A stretch of DNA of 64,000 nucleotides, from contig OY740789.1 in NCBI GenBank assembly GCA_963514005.1, positions 82,522,001 to 82,586,000 of the forward strand, given 5' to 3'. Positions 26,242-36,458 of the stretch are shown piece by piece. This stretch comes from Raja brachyura. Taxonomy: Eukaryota. Below the pieces are notes generated by a model. That model saw nothing but the letters and a program-made list of their open reading frames with translations. It was not told where the DNA came from and ran no database searches. Position 1 is the stretch's first letter. Each line of letters starts with the position of its first letter. The translations under genes and the position numbers were made by a program.

Positions 26242-29200
26242 TTCATGACTAATATCAATTTCCTTCAGTTCCTCCCTCCCACTAGATCCTCGGTCCCCTA
26301 GTATTTCTGGGATACTGTTTGTGTCTTCCTTAGTGAAGACAGAACCAAAGCACTTGTTTAACTGGTCTACCATTTCCTTGTTTCCCATTATAAATTCATC
26401 TGTTTCTGACCGTGAGGGACCTACATTTGTCTTCACTGATCTTTTCCTCTTCACATACAGTACAGTATCAAAAAATGTTTTTTGGTCAGTTTTTATATTC
26501 CTTTCATGCTGAAGCAAGCTTTCTTTCATACTATTTTTCCCCTCTTAATTAACCCCTTTTGTCCTCCTCTGTTGAATTCTAAATTTCCCCCAGTCCTCTG
26601 GTTTGCTGCTTCCTCTAGCCAATTTAACACTATCCCTAATTTTCCTCGTTAGCCACGGCTGAGCTACCTTCTTTGGTGATTAAAGGACATAGAACCAAGG
26701 TGGAGAAATGGAGTTCCAACACAGATCAGCAGAGAGTGGGGATGGGCTGGAGGGCTGAAGAACCGTTTTAATGATCCTCTATGCATGGGACAAATTTGAA
26801 CACAATTTCTGCGTGCAGCTGTTGATTTACCAGAAACACGTTTCATATTTTGACTGTTGACGGGTGTGTGAAACTGGACAGTGATATGGGCACTATTTCC
26901 TTCACCTCAGATTTCCTGTTGGAGATGGCAGCTTGTCTTAATCTGAACAGGGGGGGCTCCCACAGGGACCAGACTTGCTAAAAAGAACAAGCAGGCTGCA
27001 TGACATATGGAAATATGTTCCTGAATTAAGGACCGACACCTATAAACAATTCTTACGTTACTGAAACCATAACCGACCAATAGGACTCTCTGAAGAGAGA
27101 GGACAATGAAGAGATGTGCTTCATGCAAGCGTGGAGAATATCGGTCATTTTTAGAAAAACAACTCAGCATTTGGTCGGATTAAACCTCATTTTCCATTTC
27201 TTTGCCCATTTCTGAGCTGATCTATACTGTCTATACTTTAGAGTGTATCTGCCCACTCACCCAACCTATCCAAGTCGCCCTGTAGCCTCATAGCATCCCC
27301 CTCGCAGATCTATACTTTATCATCCTTCCTCACTGCCTGCAGATCCCTGCAGAACTCAGCTGGTCACAGACTTGCAGTCTGAATAATGCCCTTCACCACA
27401 ACCCTCTGTCTTCCATCAGTAAACCTGTATTGACCCAGACGACAAAATCACTATGAATGTCGTGCATTTTTAACTTCTTGGACAACCAACCATGGAGAAC
27501 TTTCTGAAATGCTTTACTAAGGTCCATATAGACAACATCCACTGCCCTACCTTCATCGATCACCTTTGTCACCTCCTCAAAAAAATATTTCAAGTTAGTA
27601 AGACATGATCTGTGGCGTACAAAGCCATGCTGATGGTCCCTAACTAGCCCATTGTCTTCCAAATTGTAGTAAATCCTATCCCAAAGAATCCTCTCCAATT
27701 GCATCCCTACCACTGATGTGAGGCAAAGCATACTTTGGAATACAAGTGGAACCAAAACACTCGTACCCCGGGAGAAAGAAAATACTGAATGTCTAATCTG
27801 TCTCTAAATGTCTTTTAATTATTGCTGTCGTATCTGCTTCCACAACTTCCCCAGCTAATGCATTCCAGCATCAATCTTTTGTACAATCTTCATAGGTCTT
27901 ATCTACTGTCATGCAGCTGAGGACATCGAGCACCTCCATGTCCATAATACGCACTGTCCACAAGACATCTCCACTAACTGTCCCAAGTTCCTGTAAAAGG
28001 ACAAATGGCAATGGTAAAAGTGAGGTTGAAAGGGTAACAGGACATCTGTTTAGCTGCCATGGGAGTTGGATTGAGCTGTGTTTGTTGCTCTAAGTCTGTT
28101 GGAGGTGCACGATTTAGAACTGTTGTGAGACCATTCTGAAGAAGAAACAGATGCTCCACAGAACGTCTCTCCCTGGGCTTTCCTGCCATTGACCCGTCCA
28201 GCAGCACTTGGCTGCCCCCTTGACTGGGCAGCCTCCCGTTTCTCAGTACAACTGCTTCTCTTAGTGTTGCACTTCCTGTTCTTGAAAACGTGGATCAAAA
28301 CACTCATGGCTGACACAGATCAAAGTGTTTTCTAACAGTAGCGAGGGGACACCTGTTAACTCTGTTTTAATCTCTGGGAGAGAAAATTCCTCACCAATAT
28401 ATAATCCTCCTTCCACCCAAGAAATTCTGGTTCACATTGATTCTTCCAAGGTTGCTGGAGGCAGAAGATTCTGCAAATTAGTTTTATCAATTCAGTCCCT
28501 TTCCCTCACTGCATGGGTTCTCCCTGTCAATCGCTCTCAGGGGGCTAACTTTACACTGCTCACAGTTTCTCTGCAGCTTTCAGTCTCTCTCTCTCTATCT
28601 CTCTCTCTCTCAGAGGGTTATCTGTATACTGACCGGTGAACCTTACTCCCTCTCTATAGGCTTGATATCTGTACACTGAGTTGTGAATCTATGGAATTCC
28701 CTGCCACAGATGGCAGTGGAGGCCAATTCACTGGATGTTTTCATGAGAGAGTTAGACTTAGCTCTTAGTGCTAAATGAATCAAGGAATATGGGGAAAAAG
28801 CAGGAACGTGATACTGATTTTAGATGATCAGCCATGACCAAATGGCCTACTCCTGCACCTATTTTTCTATGTTTCTGTTCGACACTGACCAGTGTCTCCC
28901 AATCCCTCTCTCTCATGGGGATATCTGTACACTGACCAGTGTCTCTCAGTGCCTCTCTCTTGGCATATCTGTACACTGACAGCTAGCGATCTCTCTCACT
29001 CTCCCCCTCTGTCTCTCTCTCTCGCTCTCTCTCTCTCCCTCTCGCTCTCTCTCTCTCCCCCTCTTCCACTCTCTCTCCCCTTCTCCCCCTCTCTCTCTTC
29101 TGTAAACGGATCGGTCTCCTTCATTCCCTCTCTCTTGGGACATCTACACTGACCAGTGTCCCACTGTCAGGGGTATATCTGTACACTCTTTCATGGGATA

Positions 29201-29403
29201 TCTACAGTCTGACACCATTATACCAGCCAAGCTCATCACCAAACTCGAGGGACTTGGAGTCAGTACTCACCTCTGCAACTGCATCATTGACTTCAGTTTA
29301 GTTCAGTTTAGTTTATTCTCATGTGCACCGAGGCACTGTGAAAAGCTTTTGTTGTGTGTTAATCTGTCAGAAGGACAACGCATGATTACAATGAAGCCAT
29401 TTA

Positions 29404-30230
29404 AGGGCCTGTCCCACTTAGGCGGCTGCCTGCGACTGTCATATTCATAGCAGGTCACCGAAAAACCGGTGACTGGACCCCCCTACAACAATGTCTATGA
29501 CAAGGTACAACAACCTACCACCCAGTCGACGACAAGCTACCGACAACTGACGACCCAGTTATCGTGACGGCGACACATACGACAATCTACGACCACACAG
29601 GCGACAACCGAAGTCAACCTACGTCCCCCGCGACAGGCCATGACAAGTTACGACTGTCGGAGACAACTGAAGACAATTCATGTCATTTTGGCCTCCAAAA
29701 CAATGGAAGCACCCAGTTATAAAAGGGGATGTATTGTTTCCAACATCTGAGGGCATTGCTCTCACATGAAGAAGCCCTGCTGCTTGCAGCAACCCTCGTG
29801 CTTAAAGATCAGCAAGCCAGAAGGACAAGAAGAATGGGGAAGAGGAATCCCAAGAAGAGGTGTGTGTGGTTGAAGCCCTTGTCCCTGTAGAGCCCCAGGT
29901 TGGGCCAGTATGACAACCTGATGACTGAGCTCCAGCAAGAAGATGAGGCTGCCTTCAGAAACTTCACCAGGCTTCCCCCTGAGCTGTTTCAGGAGGCGAA
30001 GACACTGGGTGGGCCCTCTCCTGGAGAAAAAGGAGACCCACGGACGAGCCACTGTGGTAGCCTGGTGTAGCTAGTCGAGTGTACTGTTGCCGATGGTCGC
30101 CAGCTGTCACAGCATGTTGCCGGTATGGGCGTAGCTTGCCGTCGGTATGGACATACATTGTTGTAGATTGTCGCCGATATAGGCGTAGATGGACTTCATT
30201 CATAGCATCACGACTGGCTGTTGTAGCTTG
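29404..30230 (+). mobile_element. PIF/Harbinger element remnant with transposase N-terminal fragment
   Basis: TTA|AGGGCCTGTCCCACTT terminus; the fragment LGQYDNLMTELQQEDEAAFRNFTRLPPELFQE at ~29900 resembles Harbinger transposase N-termini. Confidence 0.65.
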
Positions 30231-30451
30231 ACCTCTGTGCTCTATCTACCTCATTGGGGACCCTCGGACCATCTTTGATCGGAATTTACTGGTTTTATCT
30301 TGCACTGAACTTTATTCATGTTATTCCCTTCATCATGTTTCTGCTCACTGTGCTCGATTGTAATCATGTATTGTCCGTCTGTTGTCTGGTTAACACACAA
30401 CTAAAGCTTTTCACTGTAACTCGGTCCATGTGACAATAAACTTAACTCAAA

Positions 30452-31203
30452 CTGACCGGTCTCTCTCAGTCCTCTCTCTCAGGGGGATATCTGTACACTG
30501 ACCGGTGTCTCTCAGTCCTCTCTCTCTCAGGGGGATATCTCTCTCAGGGGGATATCTGTACACTGACCGGTCTCTCTCAGTCCTCTCTCTCAGGGGGATA
30601 TCTGTACACTGACCGGTGTCTCTCAGTCCTCTCTCTCACCGGGATATCTGTACACTGACCGGTGTCTCTCAGTCCTCTCTCTCTCAGGGGGATATCTGTA
30701 CACTGACCGGTCTCTCTCAGTCCTCTCTCTCAGGGGGATATCTGTACACTGACCGGTCTCTCTCAGTCCTCTCTCTCACCGGGATATCTGTACACTGACC
30801 GGTCTCTCTCAGTCCTCTCTCTCAGGGGGATATCTGTACACTGACCGGTCTCTCTCAGTCCTCTCTCTCAGGGGGATTTCTGTACACTGACCGGTGTCTC
30901 TCAGTCCTCTCTCTCAGGGGGATATCTGTACACTGACCGGTGTCTCTCAGTCCTCTCTCTCAGGGGGATATCTGTACACTGACCGGTGTCTCTCAGTCCT
31001 CTCTCTCAGGGGGATATCTGTACACTGACCGTGTCTCTCACTCTCTCTCAGGGGGATTTCTGTACACTGACCGGTCTCTCTCAGTCCTCTCTCTCTGGGG
31101 GATTTCTGTACACTGACCGGTGAACCTTAGCCTCTCTCCCCCAAGGGGATATCTACATTAACAGGTGCCCCTCTCTCTCAGGGGGGATATCTGTACACCG
31201 ACC
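30452..31203. repeat. ~46-bp minisatellite upstream of the VH promoter
   Basis: Unit gggggatatctgtacactgaccggtctctctcagtcctctctctca, about 16 copies; degenerate copies also at ~28590-28680 and ~28880-29210. Confidence 0.95.
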
Positions 31204-31475
31204 TTTAACTCAGCCCCTCACTGGGGTATCTGAGTGACCTCTTGCTCCACAAAGTGTTCAGTATTGTAATGAGTGGATGGAGCAGAGTGAGATCAATCTT
31301 TAATCCGGATCTCATCATTGCCCCTCCACCCGCCACCTGTTGTGGAGACAAACATCTTTTGGGGAATTGAACTGGGTGCTGGGGGCAGGGACAGGAAGCC
31401 GCGCCTCTGGTTTCAGTGGGTGGGAACGTGTTCAAGCCGCGGGTCTCTCACTCTCTCACTCACAGCTCACTTTCC

Positions 31476-31482
31476 TATTTAA
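31476..31482 (+). promoter_or_regulatory. TATA-like box of the VH promoter (TATTTAA)
   Basis: About 75 nt upstream of the leader ATG. No octamer seen in 31200-31555, consistent with octamer-less chondrichthyan VH promoters. Confidence 0.5.
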
Positions 31483-31554
31483 GCGGCGCTGACTGCGGCT
31501 CCCGACAAAGCCGGCCTGAGCTGAGTGTCCAAGTGTGTGTCAGTGCTCAGAGTG

Positions 31555-31600
31555 ATGGGGGTCGCTGCTTATCTCTGTCTCCTTCTGTCCTGTCTGCCAG
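31555..31600 (+). CDS. IgW: IgW heavy-chain leader exon (MGVAAYLCLLLSCLP-G)
   Basis: ATG at 31555, hydrophobic signal peptide, phase-1 donor CAG|GTGGGT at 31601; splices to GVQS at the start of the V exon, the typical IgH leader layout. Confidence 0.93.
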
Positions 31601-31711
31601 GTGGGTGGGTGTGTGTGTCCCCCCCACTCGGGGCCGGGCTGCATCTCGGACACTCTTTCACCCTCTGCCTCTTCAACTGTTTATTCAACTTTGTTTCTCT
31701 TTTATTGGCAG

Positions 31712-32009
31712 GCGTTCAATCCGCGGACGAGCTGAATCAGACCCCGACCGCGGTGGCAAAGTCTGGAGGGTCCCACAAACTGACCTGTGCAACCAGCGGG
31801 CTCGACCTCAGCAGCTACTCCGTTGACTGGGTGAAACAGGTCCCCGGGAAAGGGCTGGAGTGGGTGGGAGCAATAGATTATGATGGTGATAAGTATTACG
31901 CGCCTGCCTTCAGCGGCCGATTCGAGGTTTCCAAGGACAGCAGCAACGTCTATCTCCAGATGAACAGCCTGAGTCTGAGCGACACGGCCATCTATTACTG
32001 TGCGGCAGA
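31712..32009 (+). CDS. IgW: IgW VH gene segment, germline and unrearranged
   Basis: Acceptor ...ttggcag| at 31711. Reads GVQS-ADELNQTPTAVAKSGGSHKLTCATSGLDLSSYSVDWVKQVPGKGLEWVGAIDYDGDKYYAPAFSGRFEVSKDSSNVYLQMNSLSLSDTAIYYCAA, with canonical Cys, Trp, GKGLEW and YYC; followed directly by an RSS. Confidence 0.97.
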
Positions 32010-32048
32010 CACAGTGAGAGGAAGCGGGGCCGGGCCGGTACAACAACC
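32010..32048 (+). promoter_or_regulatory. VH 3' recombination signal sequence (23-bp spacer)
   Basis: CACAGTG (32010-32016) + 23 nt + ACAACAACC (32040-32048). Confidence 0.95.
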
Positions 32049-32256
32049 CAGGGGAGAGAGAACCTGTCCTCAGCTCGGAGCCAAGCGCCGTGGGTGGAAC
32101 TGGAGTCACGGGTCGATCAGGCCCGGTGTCCGTCTCTGAGACACGGTCAATGGTTGGGCGAGAAGGAACATCGATGAACAGAGAGAGACCTTGGGCTCCA
32201 AGTTGACAGTCGGACGTGCGGAGTGACTGGGCTCGGAGACAGTGAGAGAGGATGGG

Positions 32257-32336
32257 GGTTATTGCACGGCGGTGAATCACAGTGTACTATATGGGTGGCA
32301 CAGTGTGAGAGATGGGACTTCCTCCATACAAAAACC
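32257..32336 (+). other. IgW: D1 segment (coding 32285-32298, TACTATATGGGTGG) with 5' 12-RSS and 3' 22-RSS
   Basis: GGTTATTGC-12-CACAGTG | D | CACAGTG-22-ACAAAAACC (perfect nonamer). The 12/22 arrangement is the standard chondrichthyan D1 type. Confidence 0.93.
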
Positions 32337-32662
32337 TGCTGCAACCAAACGCTTTAAATCGCGTCTCTGGGCGCTGCGGCCGCCGCCTTTCCCCGGGACC
32401 CGTGGATATAAACCAGATCCCGAGTGCATCATCTGGCACCGGGAACAAGTTCCACTGGAGATGTGGGAACACAAGCAGCGAGGAGCCGCTGTGGGTCGAG
32501 GCACGGTGACAGTCACGGTGGGTTATCTCCTGTCCACTACAGGGCTGCAATGGCCGAGACTGGACGCTGCTGTGTGGGACACACGGACACAGATGGATGG
32601 GGCTTTAATTAAGCCGCTGCCCACTCTGGCCACGGTGGATATTGGGCTGGATGTGGTAGCGC

Positions 32663-32727
32663 AGTTTGTGAGCGGCGGTGAATCACCGTGATACTGGCCC
32701 ACGGCGGCGGAGAGCTGAACCAAAACT
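32663..32727 (+). other. IgW: D2 segment (coding 32691-32699, ATACTGGCC) with 12/12 RSSs
   Basis: AGTTTGTGA-12-CACCGTG | D | CACGGCG-12-ACCAAAACT. The 5' spacer gcggcggtgaat is nearly identical to the D1 spacer acggcggtgaat. Confidence 0.85.
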
Positions 32728-33053
32728 GCCCCCGACAAATGAGCGTCCGCAGCGCAGTCTGTCTCCACCCATTGTGCATTGCTGCTTGCCAGAGTCAAAT
32801 CCCTGAAGCCTGGCTCGCACTGCAGGGAAGAAATGTCCATTTCTGGCCGATTAAAAGCCCGAAAGGAGGCGATTATGTTTGTGAGGGATGGCCAGAGCCG
32901 GTGGCAGCAGGCGGCAAAAATGCCTCTTTTATTCACACCGGACGTTGAACAAGGATAGAGATTGGGATGGAAATGCAGGAAGCGGCTGCTCCTGGTCCGG
33001 CCAGAGTTCACGTTGACACTTTGCTGAGATTATTGGGTGTGGAGGGCGAGTGG

Positions 33054-33092
33054 AGTTATTGTACTGACTGAGTGGGGAGATGGAGCAGTGTG
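33054..33092 (+). promoter_or_regulatory. JH 5' recombination signal sequence (23-bp spacer)
   Basis: AGTTATTGT (33054-33062) + 23 nt + CAGTGTG (33086-33092). Confidence 0.9.
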
Positions 33093-33140
33093 ACTATCTT
33101 GACTACTGGGGTGCAGGAACCTCGCTGACAGTGACTTCAG
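33093..33140 (+). CDS. IgW: IgW JH segment (YLDYWGAGTSLTVTS)
   Basis: WGxG motif, LTVTS end, donor TCAG|GTAAGA at 33141. Confidence 0.96.
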
Positions 33141-34859
33141 GTAAGACCAATTCCTTAATTCCATTTTACCCAGATGTGTTTTATTAATTTATGGTCTTTG
33201 CGAATTCTGTCGTTGACCTGAACTCGGTGAGATATTTGGAACAATTGCACGGATTTCCCGGAGACAGGCGGGTTTCTCCAGTTAGAATCTACCCAGCAAC
33301 AGTACATTTCCCACAGCGTTGAACTGCCCCACAGGCTGTTCTTTCCCCGAGTCTCGCCATCATCTGCCTTCAGTCCATCTTGTGCATGCCGACCAGGCTG
33401 GCTTTCTGGGCTCGTCCCATTGGCCACACATCCTTCTCATCCATATACCGGATTTTTTTGATAGTCGTAATTCTATCTGCTTTTATAGTTTCCTCTGGTA
33501 ACTCATTCCACATACTGCCGTCCCAATGTGAATAAAAATGCCCCTGAAGCCCCCTTTTTAATCTCTCCCCACTCACTTTACTCCTGTGCCCTCTTGTTTA
33601 AGAAACCTCTATCCTGGGAAAAAGCCTGTGAGCGTGACCTTATCCATGCCCCTCATGATCTTGTTCACATCAATAAGGTTGCCGCCTAGTCCTTTGCTCC
33701 AAAGAAAAAAATACCTTATCCTCTCTCTCTAAAACAGAACCCCACATGTTCCGAAAATATCTTGGTGAAATTTTTCTAAATCCTTTCCAATATAATGCCA
33801 TCCTGTAGCTGGGTGACCAGAACTGCACAGTACTTACTCCAAGCGTGGTCTCACCAATGACTTGTACAGCTGCATCATCATGTCCCAACTTTTATACTCG
33901 GTACCCTTCCCATTGAAGGCAGTCTGCCAAATGCCACCCCCGCTCCCTGTCCACCTAACTCGCCACTCTCAGCGAACCATGCCCGTGCATTTCCACATCT
34001 GTCTGTTCTACAACACTCTCCAGGCTCTACCATTTACTGTGGAAGTCCAGTCCTGGCTTGATCTACCAAAGTTCAACACCCCCTCACTTGTCAGAGTTAA
34101 ATTACATTTGGCATTCCTTGGCTCCCCTTCCCAACTGATCTAGATCTTCTTGTAAACGTATCCTTCTCACTGTCCACTCATGCACTGATTTTGGTGTCAT
34201 CTGCAAACTTACTATCAATGTCCACTATATTGTATGGCAAACTGTTAATGTATATAACCAACAGCAGTGGTCTCAGCACTGACCCCTGCAGCAGTCCACT
34301 TCCTCCAAGCTAATTTAGCTCATGTTGGGTTTCATGTGATCTAACCTTCCACGCCAGCCCACCATGCCAGACCTTGTTGAACCCTTTCAGGTTCATGAGG
34401 CACAATTTCCCCAACACAAGCCATGCTGTCCCTAATCTTTGGCCCACCCTCCCAAGTGATCTAGATCTTGTAAATTTAGGTCTATCCCTAATCAGTCCGT
34501 GCCTATCCAAATACTGGTAGTTCCTGTCCCTAAGGACATTCCCAACAAAGACGTCAGGCTCACTGGTGTAGATCCCTGGCTTGGCCCTAATGTCCTTCAA
34601 TTACGTGTCAGTATCAGCCACCCTCCAGTCTTTTGGAGATTAATCTGCCTGTTTCCACACTATTAATCTTTGACGTTATGACTCCAATACCTGCTCCCGC
34701 AAAGCGATCCCATCAAACACATCCAGGGCAGACAGAGCACGAGTCAAATGCTGAATAAATCTCCCTGTGTCACTGTGCTGTCAGCTGCAGTTTAGACACA
34801 AAGTTCCATCTGTCCTGTCCCACCGCTCCCAGGGAATGGACAGCACTGGTTAGACAAGG

Positions 34860-35460
34860 AGTGAGGCTCCCTCCACCCTGTCCCCACACACACCCAGGGT
34901 ACGGGTTAGTCACTGAGTGAGGCTCCCTCCACCCTGTCCCCACACACACCCAGGGTACGGGTTAGTCACTGAGTGAGGCTCCCTCCACCCTGTCCCCACA
35001 CACACCCAGGGTACGGGTTAGTCACTGAGTGAGGCTCCCTCCACCCTGTCCCCACACACACCCAGGGTACGGGTTAGTCACTGAGTGAGGCTCCCTCCAC
35101 CCTGTCCCCACACACACCCAGGGTACGGGTTAGTCACTGAGTGAGGCTCCCTCCACCCTGTCCCCACACACACCCAGGGTACGGGTTAGTCACTGAGTGA
35201 GGCTCCCTCTACACTGGGTACGGGTTAGTCACTGAGTGAGGCTCCCTCCACCCTGTCCCCACACACACCCAGGGTACGGGTTAGTCACTGAGTGAGGCTC
35301 CCTCTACACTGGGTATGGGTTAGTCACTGAGTGAGGCTCCCTCCACCCTGTCCCCACACACACCCAGGGTACGGGTTAGTCACTGAGTGAGGCTCCCTCC
35401 ACCCTGTCCCCACACACCCAGGGTACGGGTTAGTCACTGAGTGAAGTTCCCTCTACACTG
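34860..35460. repeat. 56-bp minisatellite in the JH-CH1 intron
   Basis: Unit gagtgaggctccctccaccctgtccccacacacacccagggtacgggttagtcact, about 11 copies including shortened ones; degenerate copies flank both sides. Confidence 0.95.
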
Positions 35461-36458
35461 TTACATACTCCCAGTGCAGGGACAAGTGTTTGACACAGAG
35501 TCAAGCTCCCTCTGCATTGCTCTGTCAAACACTCCTTGTGTAAATGCTTCAGAACACAGAACGTTCTCTAGATTGTTAAACAAATTGATGCTGTTTGGTT
35601 CAAAAACAAAGGTTGACAATAACGAATGACTTGAACATAATGAGAGAATGTTGTACATGGTTCTAGATGTGGGTTTTAGTACACCGGGTTTTCTTTGTGT
35701 CTTGTATTGAATTTCAACATTTACAGATCCTTAGTAAGTCGATACCTTTTCTTCTTCATTGTGAATTCACTGATGCGTGGAGTTTAGATTCGGAGTCGAG
35801 TTGCTTGGTGTTTTTGACGTGGGATTTGCTGCACAAATGAACTGCTTTTCCCCAGTTCACAGATGGAGGAACGGCTCTAATGTCCTGCCCTCCTCCGCCA
35901 GCCGACTGGGTTTGTCCAACAAGTGCTTTGCTCATTAACCAGGGCTGCTGGTGTCTCAGTGAATCTCAGTGGTCATTCACAGAGCACCTTTCATGGTGTC
36001 CCCGAGCGCTTCACGGGCAGTGAGGCATGTTCACAATAGAGCCGTGTTGTGAAGGAGGGACTGTGGATCCACTCGGGGACTGTGAGGGACTGTGGATACA
36101 CAGCAGAATCGGCAAACCGCTGGTGAGGGGGGAATGTTGTCCGAGACACCACAGATACAGTGATCCAATGAACGGGCATCAGGCTGCAATCAGACCCCAG
36201 TTTAATTCCGCAACAACTGTGGAATTTAAACTGTTCATAATCTGGGGCAGATTGGACCTGTGTCAGATTTTCTTTTGTTAGTAACCTGGATTTTGTGCAC
36301 TAATCCACGGTAATGATAACTTTTCAGTTTTCCAGCTGTCCCTTAGCGGGGGAGATCTGTTGTCCTTACCCAGTCGAGCCTATTTCTGACCCCTGACACA
36401 GCAACGCAATTGGCACTAAATGATCCTATGGCAACCCAGACGGGCAGTTCATTGCTGT

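Larger units (their letters stand above)
16298..26665 (-). mobile_element. Older CR1 LINE (3' end 16298-16447; body 23848-26665), host of the nested insertions
   Basis: ...ccgttagcccaaagag| (16447) continues as |ctatatctacctct... (23848), matching uninterrupted CR1 3' ends elsewhere in the window. RT-domain ORF fragments on the - strand. Confidence 0.8.

Noticed and set aside
32100-32640. Extra heptamer-like motifs (CACGGTC 32142; CACGGTG 32502, 32514, 32631) as additional D segments
   Set aside because: No acceptable nonamer at 12 or 22/23 spacing, and no paired RSS.
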